A stretch of DNA of 64,000 nt. It comes from Tagaea sp. (GTDB taxonomy: Bacteria; Pseudomonadota; Alphaproteobacteria; CACIAM-22H2). The notes under the pieces are model-generated. The model searched no databases. It had not been told where the DNA came from and worked only from the letters and a program-made list of their open reading frames with translations. The position numbers and the translations under genes are program-made. The stretch lies in assembly GCA_965279525.1 (NCBI GenBank), contig CBDIIB010000002.1:32001-96000 (forward strand), given 5' to 3'. Below are positions 1 through 9,832 of this stretch, in pieces; the first letter of the stretch is position 1; each line of letters starts with the position of its first letter.

Positions 1-1
1 C

Positions 2-877
2 ACCGGCCTCTACCGCGAAGAGCATGTCGTGGGCTGGAAGCGTGTCGTCGATTTCGTGCATGCCAACAGCCCGGCGAAGATCGCCGTGCAGATCGCACAC
101 GCGGGCCGCAAGGGCTCGACGCGGCTCGCGTGGGAAGGCATCGACAAGCCGTTGCCGGACGGCAACTGGCCGCTGATCGCGGCCTCGGCGCTGCCTTACA
201 AGAAGGGCAGCCAGACGCCCAAGGCGATGGATCGCGCCGACATGGACGCGGTGAAGGCCGACTTCGTGCGTGCCGTGAAGTTCGCGGAGCGCGCCGGCTT
301 CGACATGATCGAGGTCCACATGGCGCACGGCTACCTGCTGGCGGGATTCCTGTCGCCGCTGACGAACGTGCGGACGGACGAATATGGCGGCGCCATCGAC
401 AACCGCATGCGCTTCCCGCTGGAAGTGTTCGACGCGATGCGCGCGGCGTGGCCCGCCGACAAACCCATGTCGGTGCGCATCTCGGCGACCGACTGGAAGG
501 AAGGCGGCACCACCGGTGCCGATGCCGTCGAGATCGCCAAACGGTTGAAAGCGCACGGGGCCGACATCATCGACGTGTCGGCGGGCCAGACGGTCGACGA
601 CGATCACCCTGTTTACGGCCGTCTGTTCCAGACGCCGTTCGCCGACCGCGTGCGCCACGAAGCGGATATCCCGACGATGACCGTGGGCAACATCAGCTCA
701 TGGGCCGACTGCAACACGATCCTGGCTGCCGGGCGTGCGGATCTGTGCGTGCTGGCGCGCGCCCATCTCTACGATCCCTACTGGACGCGCCATGCGGCGT
801 TCGAGCAGGGCTACGAGATGAAATGGCCGCCGCAGTACGGCTCGGCGAGGAGCTTCACGCCGCGCGAGAGCCGCTAG
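2..877 (+). CDS. NADH:flavin oxidoreductase (OYE-like) domain, probably the C-terminus of a bifunctional salicylyl-CoA 5-hydroxylase/oxidoreductase; 5' truncated by window edge
   Basis: QIAHAGRKGS, EVHMAHGYLL, RTDEYGG..NRMRFPLE, ADLCVLARAHL motifs; frame is open to the window start. Confidence 0.85.
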   Translation, partial: TGLYREEHVVGWKRVVDFVHANSPAKIAVQIAHAGRKGSTRLAWEGIDKPLPDGNWPLIAASALPYKKGSQTPKAMDRADMDAVKADFVRAVKFAERAGFDMIEVHMAHGYLLAGFLSPLTNVRTDEYGGAIDNRMRFPLEVFDAMRAAWPADKPMSVRISATDWKEGGTTGADAVEIAKRLKAHGADIIDVSAGQTVDDDHPVYGRLFQTPFADRVRHEADIPTMTVGNISSWADCNTILAAGRADLCVLARAHLYDPYWTRHAAFEQGYEMKWPPQYGSARSFTPRESR

Positions 878-1053
878 GCCTCGCCGACCGCCGACGCCGG
901 CACGAAGCCTTCGGCCGCGAGGCGCTTCATGATCTCCCAGCGTTCGTCGCGGGTCATGCCGGCCCACTGGCGGATCTCGACGACCGAGCGCCCGCAGCCC
1001 TCGCACTTGTCGTCGGGGCCGAGCCGGCACACGCGCACGCACGGGCTGATCAA
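874..1053 (-). CDS. DUF1289 family small Cys-rich protein
   Basis: ISPCVRVC..DKCEGCGRSVVEIRQW pattern; TTG start overlaps the upstream stop (TTGA). Confidence 0.8.
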   Translation of the reverse strand: MISPCVRVCRLGPDDKCEGCGRSVVEIRQWAGMTRDERWEIMKRLAAEGFVPASAVGEA

Positions 1054-2031
1054 TAGACACCCGCCATGCGCGCGCGCTGGCGCACGAGGGCCAGCACCAT
1101 GCGGCACGCCGGCATCGGATGGCCGACCAGATCGCCCATCTCGACGACGGCGCCCAGCAGGGCGTCGATTTCCATCGGCTTCTTCGCTTCGAGGTCCTGC
1201 AGCATCGATGTCTTGTGGGCGCCCACTTCGCCGGCCCCGTCGATGCGCTTCTCGACATCCACACCGAACTTGATGCCGAGTGCTTCGCCCACGGCCTGCG
1301 CTTCCAGCATCATCGACTTGGCGACCGCCCGGGTACCCGGGTCGGACGCGATCGTGTCGAGTGTTGCCGTCGTCAGCGCCGACACCGGATTGAAGGTGAG
1401 GTTGCCCCACAGCTTCACCCACATGTCGTCGCGGATGCGCGGGCGGATCGGCGCCTTGAGGCCGCCGGCGATCATCAGGTCGGCGAGCTTCTGGATGCGC
1501 TCGCTCTTGCGGCCGTCGGGCTCGCCGAGCGCGAAGCGGTTGGAATAGGTGTGCTCGATCACGCCGGGTGCCACGATGTCAGCCGCCGGATAGACGATGC
1601 AGCCGATGGCGCGCTGGGGTGCGAGCGTGTCCCACAGCTTGCCGTCGGGATCGACCGAGGCGAGCTTCTTGCCGTCGTGCGGGCCGCCGTGGCCGTAGAA
1701 GTACCAGTAGGGCACGCCGTTCATCGCGGTGACGATGGCGGTCTCCTTGCCCCAGCAGCTTGGCGATCTGGCCGGCGGCGGCCGGGCCAAGGCCCCGTCG
1801 CCTTCAGCGCCACGATCACGAAATCCTGTTCGCCCGCCGCGACCGGATCGTCGGTGAATCGCGCTTTGGTTATGACTGTTTCCGTTCCTTCGGAAATCAG
1901 CTTGATGCCGTTCGCCTTCATCGCGGCCAGATGGGGGCCGCGCGCGAAGAACGTGACGTCGGCCCCGGCCGCCGCCATCTTCACGCCCATGTAGCCGCCG
2001 ATGGCCCCGGCGCCGAAGATGAGGACGCGGC

Positions 2032-2035
<4 letters not shown>
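1050..2035 (-). pseudogene. panE: 2-dehydropantoate 2-reductase family protein (PanE/PanE2-like), frameshifted near 1750-1800
   Basis: N-terminal GAGAIGG Rossmann motif in one frame; AMNGVPYWYF, KLWGNLTFNP, HKTSMLQD in another; the indels lie in G/C runs, so sequencing error is likely. Confidence 0.8.
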
Positions 2036-3555
<1,520 letters not shown>

Positions 3556-3617
3556 CGCCGCCGGTCCTTCCACGCAGAGAAACGAGGGACCTCGATAGCA
3601 GAGCGTCGGCGTGATTT

Positions 3618-4010
3618 CTAGGCGGCGAAGCCCGACGGATCGAGCGGGCCGTTGGCCACGCGGGCATAGGCCGCGGTGGCAGTGGACCAATCCTCGAAAT
3701 GGGCGCCGCTGCCCAGGCGCTCCTGCGCGATGCGCTGGACCAGGAAGGCGAGGGCGCCCGACGCCTTGCCGGATTCGCCGACCAGCTCGTCGGCGAAGCT
3801 GCGACGGGCGGTGCGCGGCCCGGGGGTGGCGCCGGCATCGCGGCCCGCACCCCCGGTCGGCGTTGAGGGGAAGAACTCCGACGCGGCCCCCGGCTGGGCG
3901 GCCGCGCGGGCGGTTCCCCGGCGACGGTCCGACCCCTCTTCGACGCGCGCGCCCTCGGGCCGGCGGGCCTCGGGCGGCGGCAGAAGGATGATGTTGGCGG
4001 ACGCGACCAT
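3618..4010 (-). CDS. hypothetical protein (130 aa)
   Basis: Fills the gap between genes and has an AT-rich promoter directly upstream; no recognised family. Confidence 0.55.
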   Translation of the reverse strand: MVASANIILLPPPEARRPEGARVEEGSDRRRGTARAAAQPGAASEFFPSTPTGGAGRDAGATPGPRTARRSFADELVGESGKASGALAFLVQRIAQERLGSGAHFEDWSTATAAYARVANGPLDPSGFAA

Positions 4011-4015
4011 CGTGA

Positions 4016-4075
4016 ATTAATCTAAAATTATAACTAAATCCGACGCAAGTGGAATCTTGCATTAACCTAAAATTA
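4016..4075. promoter_or_regulatory. two direct repeats ATTAAyCTAAAATTA resembling CtrA boxes (TTAA-N7-TTAA, one mismatch each)
   Basis: attaatctaaaatta 4016-4030 and attaacctaaaatta 4061-4075 in an AT-rich divergent intergenic region. Confidence 0.55.
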
Positions 4076-4173
4076 GAGATAATTCTTGTATGACAGAACA
4101 GCCTGCCCGAAATGCCGGAAACGCTTTCCCGCAGCGTGCTAATTTGCGATTCCGAGCATCCGGAGACCCGAAA

Positions 4174-5502
4174 ATGTCCGCAGCACCCCAGTCCGTCGAC
4201 CCAAACAACCTTGAAGCGCTGTGGATGCCCTTCACGGCGAACCGCCAGTTCAAGCGCAAGCCGCGCCTGATGGCCCGCGCGGAGGGCATGTATTATTATA
4301 CCCCCGACAACCGCCAGATTCTCGACGGCACGGCCGGTCTGTGGTGCGTCAATGCCGGCCACGGCCGCAAGCCGATCGTCGAAGCGATCCAGAAGCAGGC
4401 CGCCAAGCTCGACTACGCGCCCAACTTCCAGATGGGCCACCCGATCGCGTTCGAGTTCGCCGCCCGCCTCCAGGCGATGCTGCCGGGCGATCTGAACCAC
4501 GTCTTCTACACGAACTCCGGTTCCGAATCGGTCGACACGGCGCTGAAGATCGCGCTCGCCTACCACCGCGCGCGCGGCGAAGGCCAGCGCGTGCGCTTCA
4601 TCGGGCGCGAGCGCGGCTACCACGGCGTCGGCTTCGGCGGCATTTCGGTCGGCGGCATCGTCAGCAACCGCAAGCAGTTCGGCGCGCAGCTTCCCTATGT
4701 CGACCACCTGCCGCACACGCACGACATGTCGCGCGCCTACACCAAGGGCCAGCCCGAGACGGGAGCCGACCTTGCCGACAAGCTCGATGCGCTGCTCACG
4801 CTTCACGACCCGTCGACCGTCGCGGCCGTCATCGTCGAACCGGTCGCCGGCTCGACCGGCGTGCTGGTCCCGCCCAAGGGCTATCTTGAAAAGCTGCGCG
4901 CGACCTGCACGAAGCACGGCATCCTCTTGATCTTCGACGAGGTCATCACCGGCTTCGGGCGCCTGGGCGCCAACTTCGCCGCCGACCGTTTCAAGACCGT
5001 GCCCGACCTGATGACGGTGGCCAAGGGCATCACCAACGGCACGGTGCCGATGGGCGCCGTGTTCGCGACCAAGGCGATCTACGACGCGTTCATGAACGGG
5101 CCCGAGGGCGTCATCGAGCTGTTCCACGGCTACACCTATTCGGGCCATCCGCTGGCGTGCGCGGCGGGCCTTGCCACGCTCGACGTCTATCGCGACGAAG
5201 GGCTGTTCGAGCGCGCGGCAAGCCTCGAAGGCTACTGGCAGGACGCGATCCACTCGCTCAAGGGAACGCGCCACGTCATCGACCTTCGCAATATCGGGCT
5301 GGTCGGCGGCATCGAGCTTGAAAGCCGCCCGGGTGCCGTGGGGGCACGCGCCTACGAAGCGCTCGTCGACTGCTTCGAGGCGGGCCTGCTGATCCGCACG
5401 ACGGCCGACATCATCGCGCTGTCGCCGCCGCTGATCGTCGAGAAGCACCATATCGACAAGATGGTCGACATGGTGGGGACCGCCTTGAAGCGCGTGGCAT
5501 GA
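4174..5502 (+). CDS. class III aminotransferase (omega-amino acid/beta-alanine:pyruvate transaminase)
   Basis: LWMPFTANRQF, DGTAGLWCVNAGH, FDEVITGFGR, TVAKG PLP lysine; GGAG RBS. Confidence 0.92.
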   Translation: MSAAPQSVDPNNLEALWMPFTANRQFKRKPRLMARAEGMYYYTPDNRQILDGTAGLWCVNAGHGRKPIVEAIQKQAAKLDYAPNFQMGHPIAFEFAARLQAMLPGDLNHVFYTNSGSESVDTALKIALAYHRARGEGQRVRFIGRERGYHGVGFGGISVGGIVSNRKQFGAQLPYVDHLPHTHDMSRAYTKGQPETGADLADKLDALLTLHDPSTVAAVIVEPVAGSTGVLVPPKGYLEKLRATCTKHGILLIFDEVITGFGRLGANFAADRFKTVPDLMTVAKGITNGTVPMGAVFATKAIYDAFMNGPEGVIELFHGYTYSGHPLACAAGLATLDVYRDEGLFERAASLEGYWQDAIHSLKGTRHVIDLRNIGLVGGIELESRPGAVGARAYEALVDCFEAGLLIRTTADIIALSPPLIVEKHHIDKMVDMVGTALKRVA

Positions 5503-7232
5503 TCCGCATCCCGTCATCCGACCTCGCGGGCCTCGCACTCGATGCGGCGGGCGATGCCGCGTACGAATGGGATCTCTCGCAGGACACGATGGGATGGATC
5601 GGGCGCACCGAAAACGTGTTCGGCGTGCGCACCGATTTCCCGCCCACCGGCCAGGTCTTCCAGTCGCGCATCTATGCCGAGGACCTGCCCAACCGCCTGA
5701 AGGCGCTGTCGGCGCATTTCGTCGACCGCATCGCCTACGATCTCGACTACCGCATCCGCGGCGACGGCGGCGCCCTGATCTGGGTGCATGACCGCGGCCG
5801 CGCCGAATTCGCCGACGACGGCAAGCCCGTGCGCCTCTCGGGCACGCTGCGCGCCATCACGGTGCGCAAGGAAAAGGAAGCGCGGCTCGAGCATCTGGCC
5901 AACTACGATCCGCTGACCGGGCATTTCAACGCCGCGCGCCTGCGCGAATCGCTCGACCACGCCATCGAATACGCCGCGCGCTACAAGGCGCCGGGTGCCT
6001 TCCTGCTGGTCGGCGTGGACAACCTCTCGGCCATCAACGACGCGTTCGGCTGGTCGACGGCCGACGCGTTGCTGATCGGCATCGGCCAGCGCCTCGAACG
6101 CTCGCTGCGCGCGTCCGACACGATCGGGCGGGCGGGCGGCGACCGTTTCGGCCTCGTGCTCACGCACTGCCCGGAATCCGAGATCGGCCTTGCCGCCGAC
6201 CGGCTGCTCACGAGCGTACGCGGCTCGCCGATCGAAACACCCGACGGCCCGCTGCACGTGACGGCCTCGGCCGGCGCGGTCATGTTCCTGGAACAAGGCC
6301 CCTCGGCGGTCGAGGCGATGGCGCGCGCGGAGTCCGCGCTGCACGAAGCCAAGCGCGCGGGCCGCAACCGCTATGCGATCTTCTCGGCAAGCCCGGCCCA
6401 GCGCGAGCTTCACCAGCGCCTCGTCGCGATCTCGTCCGACGTGCAGGCGGCCTTGAAGGACGAGCGCCTCGTCTTCGCCTTCCAGCCGGTCGTCGACGCC
6501 AACAGCCACACGGTCGACCATTACGAATGCCTGATCCGCCTGCAGCGGATGGACGGCACGATCGCACCGGCCGGCTCGTTCATCCCGGTCGTCGAGCAGA
6601 CCGGGCTGATGCGCCTCCTGGACCGGCGCGTGCTCGAGATGGCGCTCAACGAACTTGCGCGCTGGCCCGACGTGAAGCTCGCGATCAACATCTCCGGCCT
6701 CACCGCCGGCGACCCGAGCTGGCTGCGCGCCTTGTCGGGCACGCTGAAGACGCGCTCGGATCTTGCGCGCCGCCTCACCGTCGAGATCACCGAGACCGTC
6801 GCGATCCAGGACATCGACGAGACCGCGAAGTTCGTGGCCCAGGTGCGCGAGCTCGGCTGCAAGGTCGCCCTCGACGATTTCGGGGCGGGGTACACGAGCT
6901 TCCGCAACCTCAAGGCCATCGCGGTCGACAGCGTCAAGATCGACGGCAGCTTCGTGCGCGGCGTTGCCGACAACGTCGACAACCAGCTCTTCATCCGCAC
7001 GCTGCTGGGCCTTGCCGACGGCTTCGGCCTCGAGACCGTGGCCGAGTGCGTGGAGAACGTCACCGAATCCCAGCATCTCGCGCGCAAAGGCGTGAAGCTC
7101 CTGCAGGGCAACCTCTTCGGCATGCCGTCGATCGAACGCCCGTGGCTCGCCGACCTCGGCCTCGACGCGATCGGGGCCGAACCCCAGCGCCCGAATTTCA
7201 AGGTCATCACCGGGACCGGCACGCACGATTGA
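5499..7232 (+). CDS. PAS-GGDEF-EAL protein, probable c-di-GMP phosphodiesterase
   Basis: PAS/PAC N-terminus, DPLTG, degenerate GGDRF, ECLIR, EITE, DDFGAGYTS, VAECVE. Confidence 0.9.
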   Translation: MIRIPSSDLAGLALDAAGDAAYEWDLSQDTMGWIGRTENVFGVRTDFPPTGQVFQSRIYAEDLPNRLKALSAHFVDRIAYDLDYRIRGDGGALIWVHDRGRAEFADDGKPVRLSGTLRAITVRKEKEARLEHLANYDPLTGHFNAARLRESLDHAIEYAARYKAPGAFLLVGVDNLSAINDAFGWSTADALLIGIGQRLERSLRASDTIGRAGGDRFGLVLTHCPESEIGLAADRLLTSVRGSPIETPDGPLHVTASAGAVMFLEQGPSAVEAMARAESALHEAKRAGRNRYAIFSASPAQRELHQRLVAISSDVQAALKDERLVFAFQPVVDANSHTVDHYECLIRLQRMDGTIAPAGSFIPVVEQTGLMRLLDRRVLEMALNELARWPDVKLAINISGLTAGDPSWLRALSGTLKTRSDLARRLTVEITETVAIQDIDETAKFVAQVRELGCKVALDDFGAGYTSFRNLKAIAVDSVKIDGSFVRGVADNVDNQLFIRTLLGLADGFGLETVAECVENVTESQHLARKGVKLLQGNLFGMPSIERPWLADLGLDAIGAEPQRPNFKVITGTGTHD

Positions 7233-7343
7233 CGAGACGCCAGGCGACGGCATGTTACCGTCGCTTCGCCAACCCGTTGATCCGCCACGCAAGCGATGCG
7301 ACATGCGACGTAACATGCGCATGTCTCGTCATTCTTGCGGCGA

Positions 7344-7433
7344 GTTGACGGGTGTTGACGGGTGTTGACCGTCAACAGGCCATGCCATTGATTTCGCTCG
7401 CTGGTGACGGTTGACGCCACATTTCGGTTGACG
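7344..7433. repeat. GTTGACG repeats (three at 10-nt period, an inverted GTCAAC, two more copies)
   Basis: Copies at 7344, 7354, 7364 (gttgacc), 7410 and 7427; inverted copy at 7371. Confidence 0.75.
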
Positions 7434-7469
7434 AAGCTTTGCGGCGACACCCTCGGTCACAACCCCTTC

Positions 7470-7504
7470 CGTCATGCCCGGCAAAAGCCGGGCATCCACG
7501 ACTT
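7470..7504 (+). repeat. REP-type palindromic element (GTCATGCCCGGC-loop-GCCGGGCATCCACG family)
   Basis: cgtcatgcccggcaaaagccgggcatccacgactt; second copy in reverse orientation at 31836-31871. Confidence 0.85.
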
Positions 7505-7519
7505 TGCAGGCGTTCGCGC

Positions 7520-8257
7520 TCATTGCGGTCCACCGACACGTTGCGGTGCGGCGCGCGAATGACCGGAAACCTGCGTGCCGTCGTCGCGGCGGTAGCTTTG
7601 CACCGGAACCGATCCGGCACCCGTCGCGTCATCGGTTCGCGCGCGGCCGTACCAGTTCCGGACCTTCGCGAAAGCAGATGCCTGTCTGGGATTCTCACGA
7701 AGATAGATGCCCGAACCCTGGACCGCCCGCACGTCGTCCGGGTCCCAATCTTCGACAGGCCGCTGCAATGTTCTGGCGGCACGCACGTCGGGGTCAGCGG
7801 CCCATGCCGAGATCAGCTTGCGCTCGTCGGGCTCGACCTCCTTGGAGTCGCCGCCCCATCTGTCCCTCGCCAGCCAGACAGGCGCGTCCCGCGTCCCGCC
7901 AGCTGCCGCATCGACGAAGATCGCTTTCGTTCGCGCGACGATCTCATCGAAAGAGCCGGCGTCGGTCCCGATCCCGATGCCGATCGCGTTGTTCCGTCGG
8001 TCCATCCCGGCTTCGTCGGCCGGCTGCCCCTTATTGCTTCCCCGGCGCTCGTACTCCTCGCCAAGCGTCATGGCGATGGGCGCGCTATAGCGGCGCGTCG
8101 CTTCAGCCGAGGCGACGATATGTCGAAACGCATCCGCAGGCCCGTTGTGCCAGCCCGGCAGTCCGGTAGCCTTTGCCGCATTGATGGCGCGGTCCTGAAC
8201 GCCTTCAAGCCGTTCCAACCTGTCCAACTTCTTTTGCAAGTCTCTTGCGTATTCCAT
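7520..8257 (-). CDS. hypothetical protein, DUF6973-like/polymorphic-toxin-like N-terminal domain plus C-terminal VxxYxRxDGTxVxxHxR motif
   Basis: NGPADAFRH...E...MDRRNNAIG pattern; GAGGAG RBS 7 nt before ATG 8257. Confidence 0.65.
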   Translation of the reverse strand: MEYARDLQKKLDRLERLEGVQDRAINAAKATGLPGWHNGPADAFRHIVASAEATRRYSAPIAMTLGEEYERRGSNKGQPADEAGMDRRNNAIGIGIGTDAGSFDEIVARTKAIFVDAAAGGTRDAPVWLARDRWGGDSKEVEPDERKLISAWAADPDVRAARTLQRPVEDWDPDDVRAVQGSGIYLRENPRQASAFAKVRNWYGRARTDDATGAGSVPVQSYRRDDGTQVSGHSRAAPQRVGGPQ

Positions 8258-8268
8258 GTTCACGCTCC

Positions 8269-8751
8269 TCAATCTCTGTCGTAGATGTCGGTCCCGACGC
8301 ACGCACCGGCAGTGGCTTGCGGGCCGCGCAGATCGACGACGACGGTGCATTTGCTGCCGAGCGCGCGGATGTTCAGGGGAATAACCTGCTTGCCGTCAGC
8401 GGTGCTGCCCTGGACAACGATCTTCGTCGGTCGGACAGGAACGCGGACCGGGTCGTGCAGACGGAGCCACGTCTCGCCGAACCCCTCGCTGACGACGAGT
8501 TTCATCCTTACCGGCGCGCCGTCGATGAAAAGGTCCGGTCCCCATCTGGCGACATCGGCCGGCATCTGCACGACGACTTCGATCTCGTAACCCGAGCGGT
8601 TCTGCCAGGCCCAGCCGGCCTCCCACGCGACGATGCTGGCGATCACGGTCGCGACGATCCGGGCCGGCCGCCAGCGCCAGAGCGGAATCGTCTCTCTCGG
8701 GCCGAGATAGTCGGGCGCTTGCGTCGGGTCGTATCGGTCTTCCGGTCGCAT
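8269..8751 (-). CDS. hypothetical single-pass membrane protein
   Basis: Hydrophobic segment IVATVIASIVAWEAGW, then a beta-rich domain with two Cys; 11 nt upstream of the next gene. Confidence 0.6.
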   Translation of the reverse strand: MRPEDRYDPTQAPDYLGPRETIPLWRWRPARIVATVIASIVAWEAGWAWQNRSGYEIEVVVQMPADVARWGPDLFIDGAPVRMKLVVSEGFGETWLRLHDPVRVPVRPTKIVVQGSTADGKQVIPLNIRALGSKCTVVVDLRGPQATAGACVGTDIYDRD

Positions 8752-8944
8752 GGCTTGATCCCCTTACGTTCTGACGCAAGGGATATAAGCCAACGAAAAG
8801 ATTAAATACAACTATAAATACATATGTAGTAAATCCACCGGATTCCCGTTTCGCTTCCGCCGACGGCCGACGGCGAGCCTGTGAAGGTTGCAAAAATGCG
8901 GGCCGCATGGAAAGGTTGCACGATTAACCGAGGGAACCGGAGGC

Positions 8945-9727
8945 ATGATGGGTGTCCGTAGCTTGTGGATCGCCGCCGTCGCGATGCTGGTCGTCGGCGG
9001 CTGCGTGACGAACGACGGGGGCGGATTGCCGCGTGCCGTCGACCTGCCGCCCGGAACGACGTTCACGGACCGCATACGGGTCGGGCAGCACGTCGTCCCG
9101 TTGCCGCCGGGCGAATGGATCCTTGCCGGCGTCGAGGACGCCAAGTCCAACATGATCGACGGTTCGATGCGCACGCCGATCGCGCGTGTCGTGCTGATCC
9201 GCCCCGGCGACCGGCCGGACGACAAGTCGGTCAACGAAATGATGCTGATCGTTGCAAATGGCGACTCGCAACTCGTCGAGTGGGTGGCGGATCAGCAATG
9301 CCAAAGCGATGCCGGGAAGCTGTACATGCAGAACGGCTTCAGGTCGGAACGAGACCAGCTCTGCATAACGGTCGTTGCGGCGACCGCGAGTTGGGGCGTC
9401 ATTCTGGGCCAGTCGCCGTTGAGCCAGAATGTGGTCGGCTGGCTTCGCGCCGGCGGATATTCGAGCGGTCCTGAGTCCATGCTCGTGACACGGTTCCGGG
9501 TGGTCAGCGGCAACAATCTTCTTGCCACATTTCATTTCTCGACGGCGCGTGAACTGGGTGTCCGTTCCGCGAGAGACGCCGACTGGCAGCCATCAGCCCG
9601 CACAAGAAATGCCGAGATCGACAAGATCTTCAACGAGCGCGTCGCCTGGGCCCGGGAATGGGCGCCGGTCCTTCGCAGCGCGGTCGATGGCCGCTTGCCG
9701 CCGCCGAAATCCACAGCGTCGAAATAG
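8945..9727 (+). CDS. hypothetical lipoprotein
   Basis: Signal peptide with lipobox VGGC; GGAGG RBS. Confidence 0.75.
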   Translation: MMGVRSLWIAAVAMLVVGGCVTNDGGGLPRAVDLPPGTTFTDRIRVGQHVVPLPPGEWILAGVEDAKSNMIDGSMRTPIARVVLIRPGDRPDDKSVNEMMLIVANGDSQLVEWVADQQCQSDAGKLYMQNGFRSERDQLCITVVAATASWGVILGQSPLSQNVVGWLRAGGYSSGPESMLVTRFRVVSGNNLLATFHFSTARELGVRSARDADWQPSARTRNAEIDKIFNERVAWAREWAPVLRSAVDGRLPPPKSTASK

Positions 9728-9832
9728 AAGCCCGCGACCGTCGGTTCCCCATCGGAATCCCGGGCCGGTCGGCCGCCATTTCGGCTGGCAGCGGCATTTG
9801 AAGGTGATAGTGTTTCCCGAACGGGGAGACCG

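Noticed and set aside
3556-5538. N-terminal extension giving a 1168-aa acyl-CoA synthetase
   Set aside because: The extension is antisense to the aminotransferase and crosses a promoter; the real start is 3555
7344-7433. Possible CRISPR array
   Set aside because: Repeats are only 7-10 nt, there are no unique spacers and no cas genes
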